Below, one piece after another: positions 27,972 to 37,575 of a stretch of 37,575 bases of DNA. The notes under the pieces were generated by a model. It saw only the letters and a list, made by a program, of their open reading frames with translations. It was not told the origin of the DNA and did no database searches. Position numbers and translations under genes: made by a program. The stretch is from Bacteroidota bacterium (GTDB lineage Bacteria > Bacteroidota > Bacteroidia > M30B66), in contig CANHCM010000003.1 in assembly GCA_947459155.1 (NCBI GenBank), positions 1 through 37,575 of the forward strand, read 5' to 3'. Positions within the stretch are counted from its first letter, which is position 1, and every line of letters begins with the position of its first letter.

Positions 27972-29891
27972 AGCCTCACGTCGCGAAACAGCCTCTTCCC
28001 ATTCAGTCATCAAGGTATCGAGGTTCGCCTTTGCCTTCGCATGCTCTGCCAATAAGGTAGCAGATGCCGAGCGGTCGGCATACACTTCCGGATCGGCCAG
28101 CTTTTCTTCAAGCCCCGAAACCTCGGCCTCGGCCCCCGAAATGCGCTCTTCCAAATTGCGTATTCGCGTATCGAGCTGCTTCCTTTCCTTGTCGCTTTGC
28201 TGCTGGGCTTGACGATTCTGGCGGGGCTCCTCCTTTACCTTTACGGGAGCTTGTTTTACGGCAACTTCCAGCGCTTTCAGGCTCTCGAGCTTTCTACTTT
28301 GCAAAAACTCAAAAATACCACCCGGAAACTCCTTGATATTGCCACCGGAAAACTCGAAAACCTTGTTGCACAGGCCATCCAGAAACTCCCGGTCGTGAGA
28401 AACCAAAATCAAAGTGCCGTCATATTGCTTCAGGGCCTCTTTGAGAATGTCTTTCGAGCGCATGTCGAGGTGATTCGTAGGCTCATCGAGCACCAGGAAA
28501 TTCACAGGCTCCAGCAATAGACGGGCAATGGCCAAACGCCCTTTTTCTCCTCCCGATAAAACCTTAACCTTCTTATCTACTGCATCGCCACCAAAGAGGA
28601 AAGCCCCCAGCAAATTCCGAATCTGCTGAGTAGTGGTGTTTCCGGCCACTTGCTCAAGGGTTTGCATCACGGTGATGTCGGGATTGAGCATATCGGCCTG
28701 ATTTTGAGCAAAATAACCCAGCTTTACGTTGTGCCCCGGCTCCAGTGTTCCTGTTGAGTCGAGCTGACCTGTAATAATGCGCGACAACGTTGTTTTTCCC
28801 TCTCCATTCTTTCCCACAAAAGCGATTTTTTCGCCTCGTTCTACAAGAAAATCCAAGGGTTTGAGAACGGGTTTTTCGCCAAACGTTTTGCTAATCCCGC
28901 TTGCGGTTAATACCACTTTGCCCGAACGAGGGGCGGGTGGAAATCTAAAGTGGATGGCTGAGGTGTCTTCGTCTTCAACCTCAATCCGGTCAACTTTATC
29001 CAACTGCTTGATGCGCGATTGAACCTGTACGGCTTTGCTGGCCTTGTACCGAAAGCGTTCGATGAACTTCTCAGTATCCTCGATCATTTTCTTTTGGTTC
29101 AGATAGGCCGCCATTTGTTGCTCGCGGCGCTCCTTTCTTAATTCCACATATTTGGAATACGAGGCCTTGTAATCTTCAATTTTGCCCAGGGTAATTTCTA
29201 TGGTTCGGTTGGTAACCGCATCCAAAAATGCACGGTCGTGCGAAACCAACACAACGGCTCCGGGGTAATCGCTCAGGAACGACTCCAACCACTGGATCGA
29301 CTCAATGTCGAGGTGGTTCGTGGGCTCATCGAGCAGCACCGCATCGGGCATTTGCAAAAGGATTTTCGCCAATTCAACACGCATTTTCCATCCACCCGAA
29401 AACTCATCCATCTGCCGGTCCATGTCTTCCTGCTTAAACCCGAGCCCACTAAGCACTTTCTCCGTTTCCCCATCGATGGTTCCCGAACCCAGCAACGAAA
29501 GTCTTTGGCTGGCTTCACTAATGCGATCGATGATTTTATGGTAAGCCTCGCTTTCGTAATCGGTCCGTACTTCCAGCTCTTTCCCCAATCGGTTGAGTTC
29601 CTCCTCCAACGAAAGCACTTCGGCAAAGGCGGTTTTGGCTTCCTCAAAAATGGTCTTACCCGAATTGTGCTTCATTTCCTGAGGCAAATAACCAATCCGA
29701 TAACCCTGCGGAACAGACACCGTTCCACTGCTCGGCTCTTGCTTCCGGGCAATGATTTTCAATAGGGTCGACTTGCCGGCCCCATTCTTTCCGGTTAAAC
29801 CCACTCGGTCGCGGGCTTGAATCATAAACGAGATCTCCTCAAACAAAGGAACCCCTCCAAACAACACCGATAAATTGCCAACCGTTATCAT
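27954..29891 (-). CDS. ABC-F family ATPase
   Basis: GKNGAGKST and GKNGEGKTT, FSGGW/LSGGE, two LDEPTNHLD motifs, inter-domain linker, C-terminal coiled coil; no TM helices. Confidence 0.95.
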   Translation of the reverse strand: MITVGNLSVLFGGVPLFEEISFMIQARDRVGLTGKNGAGKSTLLKIIARKQEPSSGTVSVPQGYRIGYLPQEMKHNSGKTIFEEAKTAFAEVLSLEEELNRLGKELEVRTDYESEAYHKIIDRISEASQRLSLLGSGTIDGETEKVLSGLGFKQEDMDRQMDEFSGGWKMRVELAKILLQMPDAVLLDEPTNHLDIESIQWLESFLSDYPGAVVLVSHDRAFLDAVTNRTIEITLGKIEDYKASYSKYVELRKERREQQMAAYLNQKKMIEDTEKFIERFRYKASKAVQVQSRIKQLDKVDRIEVEDEDTSAIHFRFPPAPRSGKVVLTASGISKTFGEKPVLKPLDFLVERGEKIAFVGKNGEGKTTLSRIITGQLDSTGTLEPGHNVKLGYFAQNQADMLNPDITVMQTLEQVAGNTTTQQIRNLLGAFLFGGDAVDKKVKVLSGGEKGRLAIARLLLEPVNFLVLDEPTNHLDMRSKDILKEALKQYDGTLILVSHDREFLDGLCNKVFEFSGGNIKEFPGGIFEFLQSRKLESLKALEVAVKQAPVKVKEEPRQNRQAQQQSDKERKQLDTRIRNLEERISGAEAEVSGLEEKLADPEVYADRSASATLLAEHAKAKANLDTLMTEWEEAVSRREALEGAG

Positions 29892-29897
29892 AAGCGG

Positions 29898-29905
29898 CAA
29901 AGGTA
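29898..29905 (-). promoter_or_regulatory. -7 promoter element for ABC-F (likely leaderless)
   Basis: TACCTTTG on the minus strand, 6 nt before ATG 29891. Confidence 0.6.
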
Positions 29906-29955
29906 ATCCGATACTCCGTGAGAATGGTCACAAACTACACCTCGGCCTATTCCGT

Positions 29956-29963
29956 AACTTTGC
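29956..29963 (+). promoter_or_regulatory. -7 promoter element for the DUF983 gene
   Basis: TAACTTTG, 20 nt before ATG 29984. Confidence 0.55.
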
Positions 29964-29983
29964 CCCAATCAAACATCGAAACT

Positions 29984-30403
29984 ATGAATGCCCTGGGAAT
30001 GAAACTGCGCTCCGTTCTTGGCCAATCCTGTCCACGCTGCCATCAGGGAGACTTGTTCATCAACAAGAACCCCTATAAAGTCGAAAACTGGGATAAAATG
30101 CACGCCGACTGCAGCCATTGCGGTCTCCACTTCGAAATGGAGCCCGGTTTTTTTCAGGGCGCTATGTACGTAAGCTATGCCTTAGGCGTGGCCTTTAGTG
30201 TAGCGGTAGTCATCGTTAATGTGTTGGTTGGATTTAACCCTCTGGTATATTTCGTAGCCAATACCGTAGTGCTGATTCTTTTGGCACCATTCATCTTCCG
30301 CTGGTCGCGTGCGCTGTATATGAACTTCTTTATTGGCTATGATGCCAGCCTGGCTAAGTCGGCCAAGTCTTCGGATTCCTTAATCCAAACGCCCGGAGTC
30401 TGA
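29984..30403 (+). CDS. DUF983 family membrane protein
   Basis: CPRCHQGDLF...CSHCG...EPGFFQGAMYVSY, two TM helices, RWSRALY. Confidence 0.88.
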   Translation: MNALGMKLRSVLGQSCPRCHQGDLFINKNPYKVENWDKMHADCSHCGLHFEMEPGFFQGAMYVSYALGVAFSVAVVIVNVLVGFNPLVYFVANTVVLILLAPFIFRWSRALYMNFFIGYDASLAKSAKSSDSLIQTPGV

Positions 30404-30981
30404 CTCAATCCAAGGCCAACCATAGCGCTTGCTACAGTTGAGGCCTCCACTACACGATAGCGTTTGGGAATTAAGCCATTCATCGCTCGCATCAGCGCCA
30501 AACCTATCCGTTCTCCGAAACGAAATTCGGAGCGTCGTCCACCCAAAATAGACGGCCGCACTATGTAAACGCCTTCGAACCCGAGCGAAGCACAAAGCTT
30601 TTCCGCTTCGGCCTTGCAGCTTAGGTAAAAGTTGCCGCGGGGCTTATCGGCGCCAACCGACGATTGCAAAACAAAATACCGGGCTCCGCACTGTCGGGCA
30701 AAGTGAGCAAAATCAGAAACAAGTCTTACATCAACATCTTTAAAGGCTTCCCGGCTTCCTGCCTTTCGAATGGTTGTTCCGAGTGTGCAAAACGCAATTG
30801 ATACAGAAGGAATTTGAGGGTTACTACCCTCCATAAACCCGAGATGCACAAGTTTTTCAGTTTGGCGCTCCAACGGCCGCCGCCCCCAGGTTAACACACG
30901 GGTAATTTTAGGGTTTTCAAGGAGCTGATCAACAAGGAACGCTCCGGTTAAACCGGTGTGACCTGCCACAAGGACATTCAT
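30337..30981 (-). CDS. NAD(P)-binding oxidoreductase, CC3/TIP30-like
   Basis: GHTGLTG Rossmann motif, FCTLGTTIRKAGSREAF, SSVGA, YLSCK, RPSILGG. Confidence 0.9.
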   Translation of the reverse strand: MNVLVAGHTGLTGAFLVDQLLENPKITRVLTWGRRPLERQTEKLVHLGFMEGSNPQIPSVSIAFCTLGTTIRKAGSREAFKDVDVRLVSDFAHFARQCGARYFVLQSSVGADKPRGNFYLSCKAEAEKLCASLGFEGVYIVRPSILGGRRSEFRFGERIGLALMRAMNGLIPKRYRVVEASTVASAMVGLGLSQTPGVWIKESEDLADLARLAS

Positions 30982-31742
30982 CGCTTTTTTAATTTCTTCA
31001 CGTAATACTTGTAGCCCCTGTTGCGATCAGAATAGTACTTGTTGAATTTATACACAGCACTTAGTGTGGCGTGTGCCCACGCCCGATGTGTAGGCGCGTA
31101 GTGTTGTATTTGATCTGAATTAAGCATTACGTCTGAAAATGAATACCCCATCCGAAAAGTACTCACCATGGCGAAGCGCTCTGTAAAATTGTAAAAGCAT
31201 CCGATTCCTAAAACAGCAGAAAATATGGTGCTCCTAAAATCAGATTTGTCGAGGTTGGGGTAGAGCGGGTTGCTTACTCTCGACTCCTCAGGAACCATCA
31301 TGGCATTGCGCAAGAACGAAACCTGTGGACCAACATCCAAGGTGAATCCTTGATGGTGGGTTGGACAGAAATTAAACAGCAAAGGCACGTCGATGTAGGA
31401 GAGTCGTGCTTTATACTGGTAAAAAACATTAGGGTTGGCCGGACCTCCGCCCGGAAATACCTTGTAGGCCTGGTTCACGGTTGAGAAGTTCAACTCCGTC
31501 TTAACGCCGTACATCTTACGGTAGTAATAGCCTCCAAAGTCGAAGTAAAAGGCGGCCGATAAGCCCGCAGAACGACCTGTTGAAAAAACATACACGGTGT
31601 CCTGGCCTTCAAAGTCGATGTTCGCGTTCAGCAAGTAATTAATCCCATACGATCCATTTGCCCCAAAATGAAAGGTTTGAGCCTCCGCACGAAAGCTCAA
31701 AAGCCCAATAATGAAAAGCAAAAAGAGTAGAGTTTTTTTCAC
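30978..31742 (-). CDS. Outer membrane beta-barrel protein (PorT-like)
   Basis: Signal peptide ending AEAQ; LSYIDVPLLF, VGPQVSFL; basic C-terminal tail; GTG start. Confidence 0.8.
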   Translation of the reverse strand: MKKTLLFLLFIIGLLSFRAEAQTFHFGANGSYGINYLLNANIDFEGQDTVYVFSTGRSAGLSAAFYFDFGGYYYRKMYGVKTELNFSTVNQAYKVFPGGGPANPNVFYQYKARLSYIDVPLLFNFCPTHHQGFTLDVGPQVSFLRNAMMVPEESRVSNPLYPNLDKSDFRSTIFSAVLGIGCFYNFTERFAMVSTFRMGYSFSDVMLNSDQIQHYAPTHRAWAHATLSAVYKFNKYYSDRNRGYKYYVKKLKKR

Positions 31743-31813
31743 GTCCTTGATACAATTGGCAACTTACCAAAAGATATTCACAAGGTCATGATTGTTTAAT
31801 TTGATTTTAAACG

Positions 31814-31846
31814 AAAAAGCCCCGAAAACTTACTTCCGGGGCTTTT
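31814..31846 (-). terminator. Intrinsic terminator after groEL
   Basis: AAAAGCCCCG-loop-CGGGGCTTTT hairpin with a U-run on both strands. Confidence 0.88.
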
Positions 31847-31872
31847 GGTGAATGAAGATCAATATTTAGCTG

Positions 31873-33806
<1,934 letters not shown>

Positions 33807-33850
33807 ATTACAAGTGTTTTGGGTTAGAATTGAAGATTTCGCCCGCCGCT

Positions 33851-33867
33851 TGCGAAGGATGTGCCAA
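33851..33867 (-). promoter_or_regulatory. sigma54-type -24/-12 promoter of groES-groEL
   Basis: Minus strand TTGGCACATCCTTCGCA = TGGCAC-N5-TCGCA, with exact GG-N10-GC spacing. Confidence 0.7.
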
Positions 33868-33922
33868 GTGGCCAGGGCAAGGAGAAGTTGGAAATTTTGA
33901 CAGCGGTTCTGCCAAAAAACAG

Positions 33923-33961
33923 CAAAACGCGCCGGGCTGTCTGTCAGCCTGACACGTTTTG
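33923..33961 (-). terminator. Hairpin after secG, probable terminator
   Basis: Minus strand CAAAACGTGTCAGGCTG-ACAGA-CAGCCCGGCGCGTTTTG; long stem with G:U pairs on the minus-strand transcript; short U-run. Confidence 0.55.
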
Positions 33962-33986
33962 AATACTTTGACGGTTTTGTATTGAC

Positions 33987-34340
33987 TTATTGCGCAGGAG
34001 CCGCAGGAGCCGGAGCTGGTGCTGGCGTTGGAGCAGGCTTGGCCGCTGGTGCCGGAGCTGCAGTGCCTCCTTCCTCCGCTTTACGCGTAGAAATGGTTTC
34101 GCGGCTGGAATCTTCGGGTGTCATTGTGCTGGCCGTTGAAGCCAAACACAACACAATGAGGGCTGCCGCTAAAACCCAGGTTGACTTTTCCAAAAAGTCA
34201 GCAGTCTTTCTCACACCCATCACTTGGTTGGAGGAAGCAAAGGTGGATGACAAGCCGCCACCCTTTGAGTTCTGTACCAGAACAATCAAGATCAGTAGCG
34301 CACAAACAACTAAAATGAGAATCGAAAAGATTAAAGACAT
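33987..34340 (-). CDS. secG: Preprotein translocase subunit SecG
   Basis: VLVQNSKGGGLSSTF...MGVRKTADFLEKSTW, two TM helices, Pro/Ala-rich tail. Confidence 0.95.
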   Translation of the reverse strand: MSLIFSILILVVCALLILIVLVQNSKGGGLSSTFASSNQVMGVRKTADFLEKSTWVLAAALIVLCLASTASTMTPEDSSRETISTRKAEEGGTAAPAPAAKPAPTPAPAPAPAAPAQ

Positions 34341-34345
34341 GGGAC

Positions 34346-35395
34346 TTAGCTCGGTTTTACAATTTTTTCAACAAGGGCGGCAAAGTAAGCACTTTTTTCA
34401 GGATATAACAAACTTAATTTATGATAGATGCGTATCGCACGGGCAGTATCGCCCTGACTTAAATACACTTTAGCCAAAGTTTCTGTAACAAGATCGTCGC
34501 GGTCTTCAACGCTTTTCCGAGCCATTTCAATCGGATTGAAAAAGCTGGCTTTTGGCGCAGTTCGCTCCTCCATTTGTACGTTCAACAATCCCTTTTCCAC
34601 AGAAGGCTTGGTTTGGCCTGTTTGAGCCGTCCCGGCTTGAGTCGCCTTTAACCATTCTGTAAAGCGTCGTGGTTCTTCAGCAGGCTTTTTTTCTACAAAC
34701 TCAGTGAGCGCAGGGGCTTTGTTTTCGGGGCTTTCGGCGCTCTCTTTTTCCGTTTCACTTTTCCCCAGTTCGGGGTAGGCCAAAATTTGCGATAGAATAT
34801 CATTCGGAGCCTCGATGGCCTGATCGGGATTCCAGTTAATTCGAGGCTTTCGCTGGGTAGGAGCGTTTGTTAATGGTGTTTGTTCAGCTTGAGCAGGCTT
34901 TGCGTTTTCAGGGTATGCCACACTCGGTGCCGACAATGCCACAGGCGCTTCATTGGTGGCCAGCGCTTCAGGGCTTTGTGGTGATGACATTACGGTTTCC
35001 TGAAGCTCCGGCTTTATCTGCTCTACTACGATATCTTCAGATTTGTGCCGGTCTGCCGACGTTTGCACCGAATCGGTTTCGGGTACGCTCTGGTCATCCG
35101 CCGTTGAGGCGGCCAAAGGCTCTTCGATAACCAATGAAGACGTGGCTTTTTGCATTTCGCCGGCCTCGCGTTCCACAAAAAGATAAAGCGCCTTTCGGTC
35201 TGAGCAATGAACCGCGGCTTGTTTCAATTGCTCCTGGAAGCGATAATCGCCGTGCTCACGAAGCTTCCGAAGCAGGGCAAAACGGCCGGCCTCAAAATAT
35301 GGGTAGCGCAACAATACAGCTTCGCCATCTTCGGGTTTTAAAGCCGATTCGTGGTTTAAATCCAGCAACATGGCCACGATGGAGTCCGCGTTCAT
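34346..35395 (-). CDS. Conserved hypothetical protein with TPR-like ends
   Basis: N-terminal YPYF...AAVH-x-DRKALY, long low-complexity linker, FTEWL, C-terminal VTETLAKVYLSQG...LSLLYPEKSAYFA; expected position between lptE and secG. Confidence 0.85.
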   Translation of the reverse strand: MNADSIVAMLLDLNHESALKPEDGEAVLLRYPYFEAGRFALLRKLREHGDYRFQEQLKQAAVHCSDRKALYLFVEREAGEMQKATSSLVIEEPLAASTADDQSVPETDSVQTSADRHKSEDIVVEQIKPELQETVMSSPQSPEALATNEAPVALSAPSVAYPENAKPAQAEQTPLTNAPTQRKPRINWNPDQAIEAPNDILSQILAYPELGKSETEKESAESPENKAPALTEFVEKKPAEEPRRFTEWLKATQAGTAQTGQTKPSVEKGLLNVQMEERTAPKASFFNPIEMARKSVEDRDDLVTETLAKVYLSQGDTARAIRIYHKLSLLYPEKSAYFAALVEKIVKPS

Positions 35396-35901
35396 TACCA
35401 GTTAATCAAGGCCTTGTTAAAAATATCCTGCGAAAGCTGTTGGTTGATCTCCCGAATCAATTCGGTTTCTACCGATGTGAGGTTGCTCGAGGACGGAAAG
35501 TCAGCAAATCGGCTAAAGCTGGTTTCGAAGTCTTTTTCCGCATCCAAAGTATTGGTAAACTGAACCATTACCGTGATGGTTAGGCGGTTCGATTGTGCCC
35601 CTCCGGTGCTTACGCCTACCGGATTTACCCGATAATCGGTAATGGAGCCCTCAATGCGCAAATCGCCACCCTGAGGCACTAAGGTTAACCGACTTTGGGT
35701 TTGAAAAAAGTTTCGCAAATCTTCGGTAAACGCCTGGCTGAGTGTTGGTTGCACAAGGCTTGAGTTGTTCTGAAAAAAAGCAATGCTGATGGTTTTGGCA
35801 TTTCCGGCATCTCCGGCATTCAATGAAATACGGCAGGCTCCCAGCAATAAAAGCATGCAGAGCATTAGAATACCAGGCCATTGTCGGAGAAGAAATGCCA
35901 T
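35395..35901 (-). CDS. LptE-family lipoprotein
   Basis: Lipobox LGAC; AKTISIAFFQN, FTEDL, GDLRIEGSITDY, RLTITV, DIFNKALINW. Confidence 0.85.
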   Translation of the reverse strand: MAFLLRQWPGILMLCMLLLLGACRISLNAGDAGNAKTISIAFFQNNSSLVQPTLSQAFTEDLRNFFQTQSRLTLVPQGGDLRIEGSITDYRVNPVGVSTGGAQSNRLTITVMVQFTNTLDAEKDFETSFSRFADFPSSSNLTSVETELIREINQQLSQDIFNKALINW

Positions 35902-35905
35902 CAAC

Positions 35906-37150
35906 CTACAAGTTTATACCGTATTCTTTGATTTTGCGATACAATGTGCGCTCAGAAATGCCCAATTCGCGGGAAGCATTTTTCCGGCGCCCCCGATATT
36001 TTTCAAGGGCCTTAATAATGAGCTCTTTTTCCCGGTCCTCTAAAGAAAGACTCTCTTCTTCCAGTTCCTCGTGCTCGGTGATTGGCGAAGAAACAGGGCT
36101 CACAAATGAAACGGGCTGCGATACGGGACTTACCACCGGCTGAGCGACGAAAGAACTAGGCTGCACTTCTTGCTGAAGCTGAGAAAAAAACTGTGCGTGA
36201 TTCTCCCGGATGTGCATGTCGGAGCTTTGTCCGCCAATGACCTCGGCCAAAATTTTCTTCACTTCTACCATGTCGCGCTTCATGTCGAACAACACTTTGT
36301 AAAGGATTTCCCGTTCCGAAAGTTCCGATTGCTGATCGGGTCGGCTGAGGGCCGGCACCATACTGCTTCCGTGTCCGGGCAGGTAACGGCTAAGCACTTC
36401 AGCTCCAATCATTCGTTCGTTTTCTATGATGGAAATCTGTTCGGTAACGTTTTTAAGTTGACGTACATTGCCCGGCCAGCGGTAGCTCAACAACAACTGA
36501 GTCGCCGATTCATCCAGTCGGATGGCCGGCATGCGGTATTTTTCAGCAAAGTCGGAGGCGAATTTCCGAAACAGCAGCAAGATGTCGTTGCCCCGTTCTC
36601 TCAAAGCCGGGATTTGAATCGGTACGGTGTTGAGTCGGTAATAGAGGTCCTCGCGAAATTTCCCTTTTTCGATGGCATTCGGAATATTCACATTGGTGGC
36701 CGCCACGATGCGCACATCGGTTTTTTGTTGTTTCGATGACCCTACACGAAGGAATTCTCCGGTTTCTAAAACCCGAAGCAGGCGCACCTGTGTTTGCAAA
36801 GGCAGTTCGGCGACCTCATCTAAAAAGATGGTTCCCCCGTTTACCACTTCGAAATATCCTTTTCGGGCCTCATTGGCCCCCGTAAACGAGCCTTTTTCGT
36901 GTCCGAAAAGCTCAGAATCAATTGTTCCTTCGGGGATGGCCCCACAGTTAACCGCGATAAAGCTTCCATGCTTGCGGGCCGAATAGCTGTGGATGAGCTT
37001 AGAAAACACCTCTTTTCCGGTTCCGCTTTCACCGGTGATGAGCACGCTCAAATCGGTTCCGGCCACTCTCCACGCGGTATCGATGGCTCGGTCGAGCAAT
37101 GGCGCATTACCAATGATGCCGAATCTGTTTTTGACTTCGTTCAGGTTCAT
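35906..37150 (-). CDS. sigma54-dependent transcriptional activator (AAA+ and Fis-type HTH, no sensor domain)
   Basis: GESGTGKE, ELFGHEKGSFTGA, FLDEV, FREDLYYRL, WPGNVRQL, HTH LGISERTLYRKI. Confidence 0.95.
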   Translation of the reverse strand: MNLNEVKNRFGIIGNAPLLDRAIDTAWRVAGTDLSVLITGESGTGKEVFSKLIHSYSARKHGSFIAVNCGAIPEGTIDSELFGHEKGSFTGANEARKGYFEVVNGGTIFLDEVAELPLQTQVRLLRVLETGEFLRVGSSKQQKTDVRIVAATNVNIPNAIEKGKFREDLYYRLNTVPIQIPALRERGNDILLLFRKFASDFAEKYRMPAIRLDESATQLLLSYRWPGNVRQLKNVTEQISIIENERMIGAEVLSRYLPGHGSSMVPALSRPDQQSELSEREILYKVLFDMKRDMVEVKKILAEVIGGQSSDMHIRENHAQFFSQLQQEVQPSSFVAQPVVSPVSQPVSFVSPVSSPITEHEELEEESLSLEDREKELIIKALEKYRGRRKNASRELGISERTLYRKIKEYGINL

Positions 37151-37575
37151 GACTGATTGCCGGTGTAAGTAGTGATGCGTTCAACCGCTTTCCCCAGAAG
37201 AGTAGCAGCCGTGCAGCTTTCCACCATAACATCCACCACATCGCCGGCCTGAAAGTGCTCCTTAGGGAAAACCACCACCTTGTTTTGTGTATTCCGACCG
37301 GAGAGAAAATCCTCAGATCGCTTTGAACGCCCTTCAACCAACACCCGGTGAACTTTTCCAACATCCCGTTGATTGCTTTCCAGCGAAAGACGGTTTTGTA
37401 ATTCTATCACCTCATTTAAGCGGCGTAGCTTTACTTCTTCCGGAATGTCATCCTTGTATTTACGCTCTGCCAGGGTTTTGGGGCGCTCAGAGTATCTAAA
37501 CATGTAGGCAAAGTCGTAAGCCGACAGTTCCATCATGCTCAGCGTTTCGGCATGCTCTTCTTCGGTTTCCGAGCA
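37147..37575 (-). CDS. miaB: tRNA methylthiotransferase MiaB, 5' end outside window
   Basis: CSETEEEH...YMFRYSERPKT...DDIPEEVKLRRL followed by a TRAM domain; frame open to the window edge. Confidence 0.92.
   Translation of the reverse strand, partial: CSETEEEHAETLSMMELSAYDFAYMFRYSERPKTLAERKYKDDIPEEVKLRRLNEVIELQNRLSLESNQRDVGKVHRVLVEGRSKRSEDFLSGRNTQNKVVVFPKEHFQAGDVVDVMVESCTAATLLGKAVERITTYTGNQS

Noticed and set aside
7144-29983. N-terminal extensions in the ORF track (7144, 11691, 15478, 17939, 21586, 26577, 29918)
   Set aside because: They overlap neighbouring genes or promoters; downstream ATGs give proper signal peptides or family starts.
33807-33986. CIRCE element before groES
   Set aside because: No TTAGCACTC-N9-GAGTGCTAA match.

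Overview
Core-genome segment of a gliding, T9SS-bearing Bacteroidota bacterium (about 50% GC by eye), with 35 tightly packed CDSs. Left to right: partial GH92 alpha-mannosidase (minus strand, missing from the ORF track), sprE/porW, bactofilin, PBP1A, scoAB, DUF4403, cvpA, mrp-nfu, a T9SS esterase, a secreted YD-repeat protein, a conserved hypothetical, a PolB-like exonuclease, a lipoprotein, an ABC ATPase, engB, a type-B CTD T9SS cargo, gldC, gldB, a PorT-like barrel, nadE, a TonB-dependent receptor, dprA, ABC-F, DUF983, a CC3-like oxidoreductase and a second barrel. The window ends with the minus-strand block miaB(partial)-sigma54 activator-lptE-hypothetical-secG-groES-groEL. I saw no prophage, IS, CRISPR array, rRNA or tRNA. 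The most interesting signals are non-coding: (1) two co-varying Flavo-1-like structured repeats, one inside a local strand-specific C-skew at third codon positions; (2) a sigma54-type promoter with TGACA/TGCCA palindromes upstream of groES, near a sensor-less sigma54 activator; (3) a phased cluster of DnaA-box-like 9-mers. All family calls come from motif recognition, not database searches.
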